From assembly GCA_964619405.1 (NCBI GenBank), contig CAZUCF010000001.1:33633-97632 (forward strand): a DNA stretch of 64,000 nucleotides. Reading direction: 5' to 3'. The notes under the pieces are model-generated. The model was not told where the DNA came from. It was given only the letters and a program-made list of their open reading frames with translations, and made no database searches. The position numbers and the translations under genes are program-made. The DNA comes from an uncultured archaeon (GTDB lineage Archaea; Iainarchaeota; Iainarchaeia; Iainarchaeales; JAAZKV01). This document shows, in pieces, positions 1 to 11,236 of the stretch (the stretch's first letter is position 1; each line of letters opens with the position of its first letter).

Positions 1-1866
1 TTTGGGTGGTTGAATACCCATTTCTTGAAAAGCAAGAGGATTTTTTAAAGGCCATTCAATTGCTTGTTTTAAAGTTTCTTTTATATCATCTAACGCACCA
101 ATATTATCCCATTTAACATTTGGTATTTCTATTGCTATTTCTCTTAGTGCTGAAGGCTGAACATCCTTTAACCCCTCAAAAAAATCTTTTCGAGTTATTT
201 TTAATGATTCAATTATTTCAAAAGGAATTGGTTGACTTTCATCAACTTTTTCTATTTCAGGCAAGTATCTTCGCAATGCTTTCATTGCAGCTTCTTTTGT
301 TAAAGCTTGTAAATCAGCACCAACAAAACCATGCGTCATTTCTGCAAAATAATCTAAATCAAATTCAATTGTTCGCAAAATATTTTTATTGGCCATTATT
401 CTTAACTCATCAATTATTTGTTTTAAAGATAATTTATCAAATTTTTTTTCATAAATTATTTGAATGTCTATTGCATCAATAACTTTTTCAGAACTAATTA
501 TTGAAAAAATATTTTTTTGAATATTAGATAATTCTCCTTTAAAATTTTTAATTGAAATTAAGTCTTTTGCAACCATTTTTTTTATTTCATCATAAAATAA
601 ATTGAAATCAATTTTATTATATAACTCTGAATACTTGTTAAACAAATTATTCAAACTAATATCCAAATTTTCTTCAATCAAATCAAATATTTTTTTTTGT
701 TGAACACTCAACTTTGCTTTCTTTTCTTTAACAAAATAAAATTCTTCTAAAGAATATGTTTTTGCAAGAGGCATTCCCCTTGTATGAATCCCAAGAATTT
801 GTTTTCTTGCTTTTTTATCAGGAATACCAAATTCTATTTCCCTGTCAAATCGCCCTGGCCTTCTTAATGCTTCATCAATAGAATTTACTCTGTTTGTTGC
901 AGCCATTACTATTACTTCTCCTCTTGATGATAAACCATCCATTAGAGACAATAATTGTGCAACAACACGTCTTTCTACTTCCCCAACAGCCTCATCTCTT
1001 TTTGAAGCAATAGCATCAATCTCGTCAATAAAAATTATTGAAGGCGCATTTTCTTCAGCATCCTTAAATATTTTTCTAACTCTTTCCTCTGCTTCCCCAA
1101 CAAATTTCCCCATTACTTCAGGAGCCGAAACAGAAATGAAGTGAACTTGTGCTTCATTCGCAACTGCTTTCGCAAGCAAAGTTTTTCCAGTACCAGGCGG
1201 CCCATGCATCAAAATTCCTTTTGGGGGAACAACACCCAATTTTTGAAATAATTCTGGACGCTTCATTGGTAATTCAACCATTTCCCTAACCTTTCTTACT
1301 TGTTCACTCAAACCACCAATGTCCTCGTAAGCAACTCTTGAAATTCCTTCAAGAGAATCAGTAACGGGCTTTTCTTTTAAAAAAAATTGTGTAGAATCAG
1401 TAACTTTTATTATTGCTCTTGGTTGAGTATCAATAACACGGTAAATAAAACCAGAACCAAAAACACTAACCCAAACATTATCACCAACAGTTAATGGCCT
1501 ACCCAAAAAAGATTTTTTTAATATTCGCTCATAACCAGAAGCAATTATCCTAACCTCTTCAATTGGGGCCAAAACAACCCGCTTAGCTTCTTTTGGCAAA
1601 CCCTTTCTAATTTTTACTCGCTCACCCAAACCAACACCAGCGTTGTGCCTGATAAACGAATCCATTCTAATAATTTCTTTACCATCATCTTCTGCTCTAG
1701 CAGGCCAAACTATCGCAGCAGTCTTTTTTGTTCCCTCAATTTCTATTATGTCACCAGAAGTAATATTCAATGTGTTTTTGGTTTGCTTGTCAAGAGTAAC
1801 AATGTTTCTACCAACGTGAGTTGGGTCAGGATCCTGAACCTGTAAAATAATTTCTTTGGATTCCAT
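1..1866 (-). CDS. cdc48: CDC48/VCP-like AAA+ ATPase (runs off window edge; N-terminal domain, D1 and start of D2 present)
   Basis: ATG at 1866..1864 on the minus strand. The translation begins [26 protein letters not shown], a double-psi barrel N-domain. The first AAA domain has the Walker A GPPGTGKT and the Walker B IIFIDEID. The frame continues open to position 1 into a second AAA domain. The gene is not in the ORF track because it is partial. Confidence 0.9.
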   Translation of the reverse strand, partial: MESKEIILQVQDPDPTHVGRNIVTLDKQTKNTLNITSGDIIEIEGTKKTAAIVWPARAEDDGKEIIRMDSFIRHNAGVGLGERVKIRKGLPKEAKRVVLAPIEEVRIIASGYERILKKSFLGRPLTVGDNVWVSVFGSGFIYRVIDTQPRAIIKVTDSTQFFLKEKPVTDSLEGISRVAYEDIGGLSEQVRKVREMVELPMKRPELFQKLGVVPPKGILMHGPPGTGKTLLAKAVANEAQVHFISVSAPEVMGKFVGEAEERVRKIFKDAEENAPSIIFIDEIDAIASKRDEAVGEVERRVVAQLLSLMDGLSSRGEVIVMAATNRVNSIDEALRRPGRFDREIEFGIPDKKARKQILGIHTRGMPLAKTYSLEEFYFVKEKKAKLSVQQKKIFDLIEENLDISLNNLFNKYSELYNKIDFNLFYDEIKKMVAKDLISIKNFKGELSNIQKNIFSIISSEKVIDAIDIQIIYEKKFDKLSLKQIIDELRIMANKNILRTIEFDLDYFAEMTHGFVGADLQALTKEAAMKALRRYLPEIEKVDESQPIPFEIIESLKITRKDFFEGLKDVQPSALREIAIEIPNVKWDNIGALDDIKETLKQAIEWPLKNPLAFQEMGIQPPK

Positions 1867-2176
1867 AAAAACACTCTCTCAAATAAAGAGCACTTAAAAA
1901 GGATTAAAAATGTAATCAATTATTATAAAAACAAGTAAATATAAGCCACTAAAAAGATTAACACGAACAATTAATTGAATTAATTAAAATACAAAATACT
2001 TTCAATATAATTAATTAATCAAATTAACTAATTTATAAAAAAATAAATCCATAAATAAAAAATTAATCAAATTAACTAAAATACAAATAAAAAATTGTTT
2101 GAATTAATTATTTTACAAATTTTACATTGACTTTTGCATTACTTAAAAATAATTAATAATTTTTTAATTAAATAAA

Positions 2177-2971
2177 TTAAACCAAACCAAATTTTCCATT
2201 AGGTAATAAGGATAATATTTCATCGTTAGAAAAAAACAAATTTTTTTCTTCAAATTTTTTTTGTAATTGTTTAGCAAAAACATTTTTTTCTATTTCACCT
2301 TGTTTTAATTCAATTATATGAACACAATTTTTTTTAACTGCACTTAAAGGGCCAGCCATTAACACATTTTCTTTTTGGTTTAAACCAATAGCAATGCTCA
2401 AAGAAGTTTTTTTGAACCAATTTCTTTCACCATAAATCATGAATGCACCAACAGAAAGACTTGTGCCTGTTGGCGCTCTTTTTGAAACTTGCTCTGGTTT
2501 TACTGAATAAGCATCAGCAGTTGATTGCCCTGATTCAAATGCTCTTGAAAAAGTTACCGCAAACTGTGCTGTTTCAACCATGGTTGTTTCTGGAACAAAA
2601 CGAATTTTATTTGTTTTCTCATCTTTTGTTTTTATTATGCAATGGGGTGCACCAAAAACTTCTGCGTGAAAATAAACATCTTCTTTTTTCATATAATTCT
2701 TCACAATTTCTTCATTCATTTTAGCATTTTTTCCACCAACTATCAAGAAATTGTCACTTGAAATAAACCACCTCAATTTTTCAAACCACTTTTTCTTTCT
2801 TTGAATTGATTCTTTTTTTGGAGAAACTTTTTCCAATTTTTTTTTCTGAAATTCAATGGCTTTGTTTATACCAAGAGCTTTTTTACGCATTAACTTTGCT
2901 TTCTCAAAATACATTGTTGCATTTTCTTCCAATGATTTACTTAAATCAATTTCTATTTCCATAAAAAACAC
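2177..2971 (-). CDS. NFACT-R (DUF814) domain protein, short RqcH/Tae2-like
   Basis: A coiled-coil N-terminus is followed by the motif VYFHAEVFGAPHCIIK, which is typical of the NFACT-R/DUF814 RNA-binding domain. The protein is only 264 aa, whereas full-length archaeal NFACT proteins are about 650 aa. Confidence 0.5.
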   Translation of the reverse strand: MFFMEIEIDLSKSLEENATMYFEKAKLMRKKALGINKAIEFQKKKLEKVSPKKESIQRKKKWFEKLRWFISSDNFLIVGGKNAKMNEEIVKNYMKKEDVYFHAEVFGAPHCIIKTKDEKTNKIRFVPETTMVETAQFAVTFSRAFESGQSTADAYSVKPEQVSKRAPTGTSLSVGAFMIYGERNWFKKTSLSIAIGLNQKENVLMAGPLSAVKKNCVHIIELKQGEIEKNVFAKQLQKKFEEKNLFFSNDEILSLLPNGKFGLV

Positions 2972-3076
2972 TTATTCAAAACTTAATAACAAGAAAAACA
3001 ATACATAAAAAACAATTTTAAACAAAATAAAAACTAATTATATTTTTTAAAAAATTATTTGTTTAAAAAATTCAAA

Positions 3077-3628
3077 TTAATCCAATGCTGCTTTCTCTCT
3101 AAGTATTTTTACTATTGAATCTGTTCTTGAACCCCTTTTGAAAGTAGGTTCAGTTAAATAAAAGACTTGCCTATCTTTAACAACATCATAATAATTTGGC
3201 AGTTTTTTTACATATCTTTCTTGCAAATTTTTGTGATAAGACTCAACATCCTTATAAAATTGAGAACTCATAACATTAAAATTACCAGAACCCATTATTG
3301 AACCTAAATGATAAACATGCGGATCACTCTCAACAATTTTTAAATAAGCTTCAATTAAATCCGGTTTAGAAAAATCTAGTTGTAGTAATTCAATTGCTTC
3401 CAACTTGTACTCTAATTTCCAAAAAGCTATTTTTGGCCCGTAACCAACAATAACTTTTTCGTTTTGCAAAAAATCAATTGAACTCTTAATTGTAGCTAAA
3501 TGATATTTGGTTTTTGCCTTTATTCTACGCAAATTTGGTTGTGTAGAACCTTTATCCAAAAGTGCTTTAACAATATTCAAACGAATCTCATCATCAACCC
3601 TCATTTTTTGAGCCAAACCAATCACCAA
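3077..3628 (-). CDS. hypothetical protein
   Basis: 183-aa ORF with coding-like composition. No recognisable motif. Confidence 0.5.
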   Translation of the reverse strand: MVIGLAQKMRVDDEIRLNIVKALLDKGSTQPNLRRIKAKTKYHLATIKSSIDFLQNEKVIVGYGPKIAFWKLEYKLEAIELLQLDFSKPDLIEAYLKIVESDPHVYHLGSIMGSGNFNVMSSQFYKDVESYHKNLQERYVKKLPNYYDVVKDRQVFYLTEPTFKRGSRTDSIVKILREKAALD

Positions 3629-4008
3629 ACACCGAATATAGCCAAAATGACTACTTACTAACTCAAAGTAATATCAAAAGGATTTTAAATGTTATTTTTG
3701 TTACATGAACAAAGTATTAATCCTTATTAATGCGAGAACACTATATTAGAATATTGTAATTGTAGGAGGGGATAACTAAGGGGATTGAAAAAATTTTTGA
3801 GATATTGAATGGGAATTGTGGGCTGGCTCACCAGGCTAACTAATTTTAAGCTCACAGTTTTTATTCAAGGTAAACTAATTTTATTTTAAGAAAAAACTAT
3901 TTAACAATTATTTCTTTCCAGAATTTTTTTGTGGCAATTTATTTTTTGGTTTCAAATTAATTATTAATTATAAAAAATTTCGTTCTTGTTTTTAAAAAGT
4001 ATTCAAAA

Positions 4009-6063
4009 TTATTCTTTGTTTTTTTCAAGTGGTTCTTTTTTCTTAAAATTTTTCCAAGATTCTTTTGTCTTACAAACCATGTTAAGACACATCTTGTATT
4101 CAAATCTACCATTCTTTACTTTTATAACTGGTTCATTACATTCAACACACAATTCATTAGTTGTTGTTATAACACCTTTCTGTGGCAGTGGATAAGAATT
4201 ATTACAATTAGGATAATTAGAACAACCAACAAACCTTTTACCTGTTTTACCTTTTCTTATTACCAAATTTCCTTCCTTGCATTTATTACAAGGACCAATA
4301 ATGTTTGTTGAGTGAATTGCTTTTCTTATATCTAATCGAATATTTTCTTTTTGTTTTTGCAAAGTTTCCAGAATTTGCTTTAATCTGTTTGAAGAATCAC
4401 TAACAACTTCTCTCATATCTTTTTTTCCAGCCGCAATCTCATCCATTTCTTTTTCTAGTTGAGAAGTCATCTCTGGTTTTGTAACAATACTACAATTATT
4501 TTCTAGTGAATCAATAACCGCAAAAGCAATATCACTAGCTTCAATACTTTTATTGCCAATAATGTATTTCCTCGAATAAAGTTTTTGAATTATGTTTGGC
4601 CGCGTTGATTTTGTGCCAAGATTATGCGTTTCCATTAATTTTATTAAAGATGCTTGACTATAATGAGCAGGAGGCTGTGTTTCTTTTGCGAACAAATCAA
4701 TTTTCAAAACATTTATTTTATCATTAACACGCATCAATGGTAAAATAACTTCATTTAATTTACTATAAAAATAAATTGCTTTCCAACCAGGCTCAATAAT
4801 TGTTTGACCACGAGCAACAAATTCCTCATCCTTTCCTTCCATCAAAACCGAGACATTTGAAGTTACAGCATCTTTGTACAAAGTTGCAAGAAACCGCCTA
4901 CAAATCAATTCATAAATCTTCCAATCATCTTTATTCAACGAAGATTTTTTAACTGCTTGAACAGGATAAATTGGGGGATGATCTTTTGTTTCTTTCCCCT
5001 TACTGGGAACAATTTTTTCTTGTGACAAAACTTTTTGAACATCGTCAACAAATTCACTAATAGAAGCAAGCTTGTTAACAATTTCTTTAAGATTTAAAGA
5101 AGCAGGGTACGCTTTATTATCTGTTCTTGGATAAGAAGTAAAACCTCTTTGGTATAATGATTCAGCAATATCCATTGCTTTCCCAGCAGAAAAACCAGTA
5201 TTAGCAGCAGCCCTCAAAAATTCTGTTGTATTAAAAGGAACCGGCCTCTTTAATGTTGTTTGTTTTTCATCAATTTTTTTTACAATTAATTCACTAATAT
5301 TTTTGGAAATAATTTTATCTGCTTTTTCTTTTTCCCAAAATTTTCCTTCCTTGTGAGAAGCAGAAAACTTTTCTCCTTTTTCACATTCAACAATAATCTC
5401 CCAATATTTTTTTGATTGAAAAGCCTTTCTTTCTTTTTCCCTATCCACAATTAACGCTAGTGTAGGTGTTTGTACTCTACCAACACTCAAAAAATTTTTT
5501 CCTAATTGCCCAGAAGCAATCGAAAGAAATCTTGTTAGAACAGCACCCCAAATTAAATCAATTTCTCTTCTTGAATCAGCTGAAAAAGCAAAATTGTAAT
5601 CAAATTTTTCTAAATTAGAAAAAGATTTTTCAATATCTTCTTTTGCTATTGCTGAAAAATAAGCTCTTTCGACCTTAATTTTTTTATTTGATTTTTGAGC
5701 ATATTTAATTGCTTCTAACCCTATTGATTCTCCTTCTCTATCAGCATCTGTTGCAATAATTATTTTTTCGCAATCTAAAGCAGAATCAATTATACAATCA
5801 ATTATCCTAAATTCTTTTTTGGAATAAATTATTGGAGCAGAAATTAATTTTTCTAATGGGACTGCCATCCAATTAGAATAGTCTTTTGGAAACTCAACAT
5901 CACTAATGTGCCCGCGTAATGGAAGCACCCTTGTTTCCTTTCCTTGCCATTCAAAATCAAAAACTTTTGTCCCGAGAACATTTTTTTGAGAAACTTTTCC
6001 ATCAGCAAGCAAAGAAGCAATTCTTTCACCAGCAATGGCTTTTTCTGAAATAATTAGCTGCAT
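4009..6063 (-). CDS. topA: DNA topoisomerase, type IA, with C-terminal zinc ribbons
   Basis: The Toprim region reads IIIATDADREGESIG and the active-site region GRVQTPTLALIVDREKER. The C-terminus has C4 zinc ribbons (CNKCKEG...CSNYPNC; CVEC...CLNMVC). Confidence 0.9.
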   Translation of the reverse strand: MQLIISEKAIAGERIASLLADGKVSQKNVLGTKVFDFEWQGKETRVLPLRGHISDVEFPKDYSNWMAVPLEKLISAPIIYSKKEFRIIDCIIDSALDCEKIIIATDADREGESIGLEAIKYAQKSNKKIKVERAYFSAIAKEDIEKSFSNLEKFDYNFAFSADSRREIDLIWGAVLTRFLSIASGQLGKNFLSVGRVQTPTLALIVDREKERKAFQSKKYWEIIVECEKGEKFSASHKEGKFWEKEKADKIISKNISELIVKKIDEKQTTLKRPVPFNTTEFLRAAANTGFSAGKAMDIAESLYQRGFTSYPRTDNKAYPASLNLKEIVNKLASISEFVDDVQKVLSQEKIVPSKGKETKDHPPIYPVQAVKKSSLNKDDWKIYELICRRFLATLYKDAVTSNVSVLMEGKDEEFVARGQTIIEPGWKAIYFYSKLNEVILPLMRVNDKINVLKIDLFAKETQPPAHYSQASLIKLMETHNLGTKSTRPNIIQKLYSRKYIIGNKSIEASDIAFAVIDSLENNCSIVTKPEMTSQLEKEMDEIAAGKKDMREVVSDSSNRLKQILETLQKQKENIRLDIRKAIHSTNIIGPCNKCKEGNLVIRKGKTGKRFVGCSNYPNCNNSYPLPQKGVITTTNELCVECNEPVIKVKNGRFEYKMCLNMVCKTKESWKNFKKKEPLEKNKE

Positions 6064-6147
6064 TAAACTGCTTGAGTTAAAAAAGAATTAAAAACACAAC
6101 CCTAAAATTTAAATTTTGAAAAAAGCGATTATTTACTTTTAAAAAAA

Positions 6148-6645
6148 TTATATTTTATTTTGTAATGTTTTGCTTGGCAAGGTTGATGATTTTTTTATTT
6201 CACTTAAAACAACCATTGTTTTCAAATCAATAACACCATCAATCAAACCTAATTGTGAAATAAATTTTTCAGCAGTCTCTAAACTAGGAACAATTATTTT
6301 TGCAATCAAATTATACTCGCCTAAAACTTGGTATAATTCTAAAATGAAATCCATATTACCTAATTTTTTTATTATATCCTTGTTTTTTGATAATTCACTC
6401 CTTATTTGAACAAAAATAGGATTCTCATAACCTAATGACCTATAATTTAAATCAACACTAATACCTGAAATAATATTTCTACGCTTTAAAGACTCAACTC
6501 TTTTTTTAATAGCAACATCAGTTAGTTTTGTTTCTCGTGCTATTGCTGAAAAACTAGCCCTACCATCAGTCAATAAAGCATCAAGAATAATATAATCAAT
6601 TTTATCTAAAACAATACTCAAACTAAAAACCCCCCACAAGTTCAA
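6148..6645 (-). CDS. Lrp/AsnC family transcriptional regulator
   Basis: The HTH region is IDYIILDALLTDGRASFSAIARETKLTDVAIKKRVESL, followed by a C-terminal RAM domain pattern. The true start is probably internal (TTG/GTG) near IDYIIL. Confidence 0.8.
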   Translation of the reverse strand: MNLWGVFSLSIVLDKIDYIILDALLTDGRASFSAIARETKLTDVAIKKRVESLKRRNIISGISVDLNYRSLGYENPIFVQIRSELSKNKDIIKKLGNMDFILELYQVLGEYNLIAKIIVPSLETAEKFISQLGLIDGVIDLKTMVVLSEIKKSSTLPSKTLQNKI

Positions 6646-6756
6646 AAAACAAAAACATCACTTAGAATATTAAACCGAAAACATTTATAAAATTTGTTTT
6701 TCAAATATTTTTTTTGAAAAGGTTAAGATTTAATTGTTTCGAATAACAATTGAAGT

Positions 6757-8319
6757 ATGGAACTAATTGAAGAAAAAATACAAATAATAGCAAAAGAAAT
6801 GCAGGAATCAAATGCATCCCAATGGACTATTACAAAAATAATAAAAGAATTAGCTGAATTGAATGTAAAAAGCGAGTCCAAATTAAGAAAAATTGCTTTA
6901 GAAAGATTAAAAAAAATGGAGCCCGAAGCAGGGCAAACTTATGAAACATTTAGCAAAATGAAGGTTTATACAACAAAAGAAACAATTGAGCATTTTGATA
7001 GAGGCAATATAATAAAATCCTTATTAAAAGAAACAACTATTTCAAGAACAGTTGCTGAAAAAATTACTATGGAAGTTGAAAACCAGATAAAAGATTCAAA
7101 AATAGAATATATAACCACTGCTTTGATACGAGAATTAGTTAATACGAAACTAATAAGTTATGGATTTGAAAAAATAAGAAATGAATATACTAGATTGGGA
7201 GAACCAGTATATGAAATAAAACAAAAAATAAATATTTTTCCATATGCAAACGAACAAACAAGAGAATATAATTTGATGAATGTAATACCAAAAAAAATTA
7301 GAGAAAAACATTTCAAAGGAGAAATATTTTTAGAAGATATAAAAGGATTTTCTACAAGAGCATACGCATATTCATTTATAAGCGAAAAAAAAGATACTAT
7401 TGAAAAAACAATCATTGGTAATATAAAAAATTTAATACAAAATAGACAATATTTTTATTGCCCACCAAATCTTTTCGGATTAACTTTTGTTACCGCGCCA
7501 TTCCTAAAAAAAGATTTCCAAACAAAAAAAGCATCTAAATTAATAAAAGAATTATTAAGCATTCCTGAAAAAGGGTTTGTAAATTCTTTAGAATTTTTTA
7601 CACCAACCATATTCGATGAATTTTCAGAATATAAATTAAAAGCTGTTGAATTATCAAATCTTTTATTAGAACAACAAAATAATATTAATCAAAATAATGT
7701 TATTCAAATTGATTCAAAATATTGTTTGAAATTAATTGAGCAAAAAGAAAAAAGCTTTTTAATACTGAATAATTTAAATGAAGAATATTTTGCTTTAAAC
7801 AATAATCTTTTCTCAACGAGCCAAGGCATTGATTTTTTTGTAAATATTAATTTAGATAAAATTGATTATGATGATGAAGACAGTTTTTTAACAGAATTAG
7901 AAAACTTGCTCGACGAAATAAAAAAGTTAAAAGAAATAAAACAAAAAGAGCTTTGCTCAAAACAATATTTAAAAAATTTTAAAATCAGTGAAATGAAAAC
8001 AGGAATAGGTTTAACAAATCTTTTCACTACTGCAGAAAAAATTACTGACAAAAAAAGCAAAGAATTTACTAATAAAATATATAAGAGTTTTACAAAAGAT
8101 GAAGACTTGCTGCTTTTTGGATTAGCAAGCAAAGAAGCAAAAGAAAGATTTAGTTATGTTTCAGGAAAAGAAATTTTTTCACACGAACCATTGGGTTTTG
8201 AAGAATGCTTGAATTCAAAAAAATGTTGTTTTACAGGAAAAGCAACAACAATAAAAGAATTAAATGAATTAATTGATAAAAAAGTTAAACAAATTTATTT
8301 TCAAGGAGAATTAAAATAA
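6757..8319 (+). CDS. ATP-cone domain-containing protein, function unknown
   Basis: The N-terminal region VYTTKETIEHFDRGNIIKSLLKETTISRTVAEKITMEVENQIKD...YGFEKIRNEY fits the ATP-cone consensus. The remaining ~350 aa have no recognised motif. Confidence 0.5.
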   Translation: MELIEEKIQIIAKEMQESNASQWTITKIIKELAELNVKSESKLRKIALERLKKMEPEAGQTYETFSKMKVYTTKETIEHFDRGNIIKSLLKETTISRTVAEKITMEVENQIKDSKIEYITTALIRELVNTKLISYGFEKIRNEYTRLGEPVYEIKQKINIFPYANEQTREYNLMNVIPKKIREKHFKGEIFLEDIKGFSTRAYAYSFISEKKDTIEKTIIGNIKNLIQNRQYFYCPPNLFGLTFVTAPFLKKDFQTKKASKLIKELLSIPEKGFVNSLEFFTPTIFDEFSEYKLKAVELSNLLLEQQNNINQNNVIQIDSKYCLKLIEQKEKSFLILNNLNEEYFALNNNLFSTSQGIDFFVNINLDKIDYDDEDSFLTELENLLDEIKKLKEIKQKELCSKQYLKNFKISEMKTGIGLTNLFTTAEKITDKKSKEFTNKIYKSFTKDEDLLLFGLASKEAKERFSYVSGKEIFSHEPLGFEECLNSKKCCFTGKATTIKELNELIDKKVKQIYFQGELK

Positions 8320-8326
8320 ATAATAA

Positions 8327-9133
8327 TTAGATTTTACCTTCTTTTGATTTTTCTCTCAAACGAGTAGCATTTATTTTAATAACTTTTTTTGGTTTCATTT
8401 GAGCACTAAGAACTTCTGATTGCTTAATCAAATTAGCTCTTAACATAAAAGAATAAGATTTTAATTGTTCAATGAAAGGAACAAGAAAAATTAAAACAAA
8501 AAAGAAAGAAATAATTGTACCTGGCAACAAAAAAAATTCAAACAAAAATTCAATTAATATTATTAAAAAAATAAAAACTGTACCAATAAAAATAATCGTT
8601 AAACCAATAACAAAATTGTTTCTCCAAAAAGAAATGCTTTCAAAAATAGATGAAATAATTGAAGCTTCATCTAAAACAATGCTTTGTGGAACATACATTA
8701 ACAAAGAAGAAAGTATTAAAGCTATTAAAGCCATTAAAAGTACCATATTGAAATATAAGCCAAGCAACAATAAAATATAAATAATAAGTGAAAGAAAAAA
8801 ATAAAACACAAATATTTGAACTGAAGCTTTTTTCAAAAGAATATTCCAATAAATATCAAAACTAACTTTTTGAACATCTCTCTTGGTTGAATAAACTGTT
8901 AGAGAAACAAAAAAAGACAAAAAATATAAAAATATTAGACCTAATAATAAACTAAAAATAGTTAAAATTGATTCATTATAAATTAAATGAACTGTTCCCG
9001 AAACAAAAAAAAACTGTTTAAAAAAAAGAAATAATATAATAAAAATAAACAAGACACCGTAACTAAACATTACTTTTAGATTATTACGATATTCTTCAAT
9101 AGATTTACTTAAAATCAATCTAATCATACACAC
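8327..9133 (-). CDS. integral membrane protein, hypothetical
   Basis: Multiple hydrophobic helices with an F/I/L-rich composition. Confidence 0.5.
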   Translation of the reverse strand: MCMIRLILSKSIEEYRNNLKVMFSYGVLFIFIILFLFFKQFFFVSGTVHLIYNESILTIFSLLLGLIFLYFLSFFVSLTVYSTKRDVQKVSFDIYWNILLKKASVQIFVFYFFLSLIIYILLLLGLYFNMVLLMALIALILSSLLMYVPQSIVLDEASIISSIFESISFWRNNFVIGLTIIFIGTVFIFLIILIEFLFEFFLLPGTIISFFFVLIFLVPFIEQLKSYSFMLRANLIKQSEVLSAQMKPKKVIKINATRLREKSKEGKI

Positions 9134-9161
9134 ATTTAAATAAAAAAGGTTTAAAAAAAGG

Positions 9162-10409
9162 TTATCTTTGGTTTTTCAAAATTTTCCCTTTAAAAAAATT
9201 GGGAAAAGAATCTGTTATTAAAACTCTTGCGAACTTACCAAAATCTTTTTTAACTAAAACTGGAGAATAATTATCAGTTCTTGCAACAAAACCATTTCTT
9301 TTAGCAATATCAGAAACTAATACATCAAATTCTTTACCAACAAGTTTTTTATTTTCTTCAGCAAAAATTTTTTGAACTGTTTCAGTTAGAATTTTGCTCC
9401 TAAATTTTTTTTCTTCTTCTGATAATTGTAAAGGCATTTTAAAAGCAATTGTTCCAAATCTTTTCCCAAACCTTGAAATGTTCACAGTATTAGGTTTTAT
9501 TTTTTTAATTAAATTTAATGTTTCATCAAAATCTTTTTTGTTTTCACCAGGAAAACCAACAATAATATCAGTTGAAATTCGCATATTGTGTATTTTTCTT
9601 GAATATTTTACAGCATCAACAAAATCTTTTACTAAATATTGCCTATTCATTTTCTTTAAAATTTTATTAGAACCACTTTGAACAGGCAAATGCAAAAACT
9701 TGTATAACCTTTTATCATTAAATAATGGAATAAGATCTTTTCTTATTTTTTTAAAATGCCTTGGATTCATCATCCCCAACCTAATTCTAAAATCGCCTTT
9801 GTTTTTCAATAATTCTTTTAACAAATCTGGCAAAGTAACACCAATATCAAAACCATAACAACCCAAATCTTGTGAAGTAATCCAAATTTCTTTTGATGAT
9901 TTCAACGCTTTTTTGAAAGAAGAATTTATTTCTTTAATAGAATATGATTTTAACGCGCCCCTCGCAATTCTAGTAGCACAATAAGCACAATTACCAACAC
10001 AACCAATACTAATAGGAATAATTGATATTAACTTGTGCGATTTTTCAGGAATAATTTTTGGAGAAAAAGATTCTTGCTTCAAGTTTAATGCTTTTGAAAT
10101 AGATTCTAACTTAGTATCAAGGACAATTAGTTCTTTAGAAATTTTTTTTATTTGAGAATTATTTGTTTTTGCCAAGCAACCACAAACAATAATTTTTGAA
10201 GCACTTTTTTTATTTTCCAAGAAAAAATTTATTCTTGAAAACATTCTTTGCTCAGTAACCATTTTAACAGAACAAGTGTTAATAATAATAAAATCCGCAT
10301 TTTTAATATTTTTTGTTTCAACAAAATTATTTTTTTTTAAAAAACCAGCTATTTGCTCGGTTTCACTCATATTCAAAGAACAGCCATACCCCTCAATAAA
10401 ATATTTCAT
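9162..10409 (-). CDS. MiaB/RimO-family radical-SAM methylthiotransferase (tRNA t6A/i6A methylthiotransferase-like)
   Basis: An N-terminal MTTase domain with three Cys (YGCSLN, NTCSV, CGCLA) is followed by a radical SAM CxxxCxxC (CVGNCAYC) and a C-terminal TRAM-like region. Confidence 0.85.
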   Translation of the reverse strand: MKYFIEGYGCSLNMSETEQIAGFLKKNNFVETKNIKNADFIIINTCSVKMVTEQRMFSRINFFLENKKSASKIIVCGCLAKTNNSQIKKISKELIVLDTKLESISKALNLKQESFSPKIIPEKSHKLISIIPISIGCVGNCAYCATRIARGALKSYSIKEINSSFKKALKSSKEIWITSQDLGCYGFDIGVTLPDLLKELLKNKGDFRIRLGMMNPRHFKKIRKDLIPLFNDKRLYKFLHLPVQSGSNKILKKMNRQYLVKDFVDAVKYSRKIHNMRISTDIIVGFPGENKKDFDETLNLIKKIKPNTVNISRFGKRFGTIAFKMPLQLSEEEKKFRSKILTETVQKIFAEENKKLVGKEFDVLVSDIAKRNGFVARTDNYSPVLVKKDFGKFARVLITDSFPNFFKGKILKNQR

Positions 10410-10460
10410 ATAAAATTGGACTATAAAAAATAAATATAAATTAACGCTTTTAACAAAAAA

Positions 10461-11120
10461 TTACTTTGATTTTTTGTCCAAAACATTTTTTACAAAAAAA
10501 GGAATCCAACCAGCAATAGCACCAAAAATAAAAGTTAGGAAAATGTTTTTTCTTAACATTGACCAATAATCAATTGAAATTAATTGTTTTACTGTATTAC
10601 CACCTGTTGTTTGAAATTGCGCTATGTACTCTTCATTCAATTTTTGAGCGGTTTCATTACAACTTTGAGAACTATTATCAAAACAAAAATATAACCCGTA
10701 TTGAACGCCTTGCCTTGGTTGTGAAACAGCATCAGCATAATACCAAGAAATAGTTAAATAATTTCCTAAAAGCAAAAACACAATTAATATTATTGGAAAA
10801 AAAATACTAAAAGCTTCTTTTGTTTCAAAATAATTGTTCCACCATTTTATTGCAAAAAAAGCAAAAAAGAAACCTGCTATTGGGGCAAACCAATAGAACA
10901 AAGAAACCCAATTATTAAAAGGAATAAACAAACCTATTATTGGGACACCAACTAAACTACTTAAAGTGTTACTAGAAATACAAGTTGAACTAACTTGACT
11001 CGGAGCAACAAAAATACTCAAACAAGCCCCACCAAGAAACCACATTAAAAAATAAGCTATAAAAAACCAAATAATAGTCATTAACAAAAATTGTTTATTA
11101 TCTAATTTCTTCATCATCAC
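10461..11120 (-). CDS. integral membrane protein, hypothetical
   Basis: Polytopic hydrophobic protein with no recognised motif. Confidence 0.45.
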   Translation of the reverse strand: MMMKKLDNKQFLLMTIIWFFIAYFLMWFLGGACLSIFVAPSQVSSTCISSNTLSSLVGVPIIGLFIPFNNWVSLFYWFAPIAGFFFAFFAIKWWNNYFETKEAFSIFFPIILIVFLLLGNYLTISWYYADAVSQPRQGVQYGLYFCFDNSSQSCNETAQKLNEEYIAQFQTTGGNTVKQLISIDYWSMLRKNIFLTFIFGAIAGWIPFFVKNVLDKKSK

Positions 11121-11236
11121 ACCTTTAAAAAAAATAAGGATAAAAGGCTTTTAAGCATTGCTAATAAAACCAAATTGAACCTAATTTAACTTACTTAACA
11201 AATCCTATTTTAACCTTTACTCGCAAAAAAATATTT

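Noticed and set aside
120-482. 120-aa plus-strand ORF
   Set aside because: It lies antisense inside the cdc48 coding region and has a hydrophobic low-complexity translation. This is the typical shadow ORF of an AT-rich gene.
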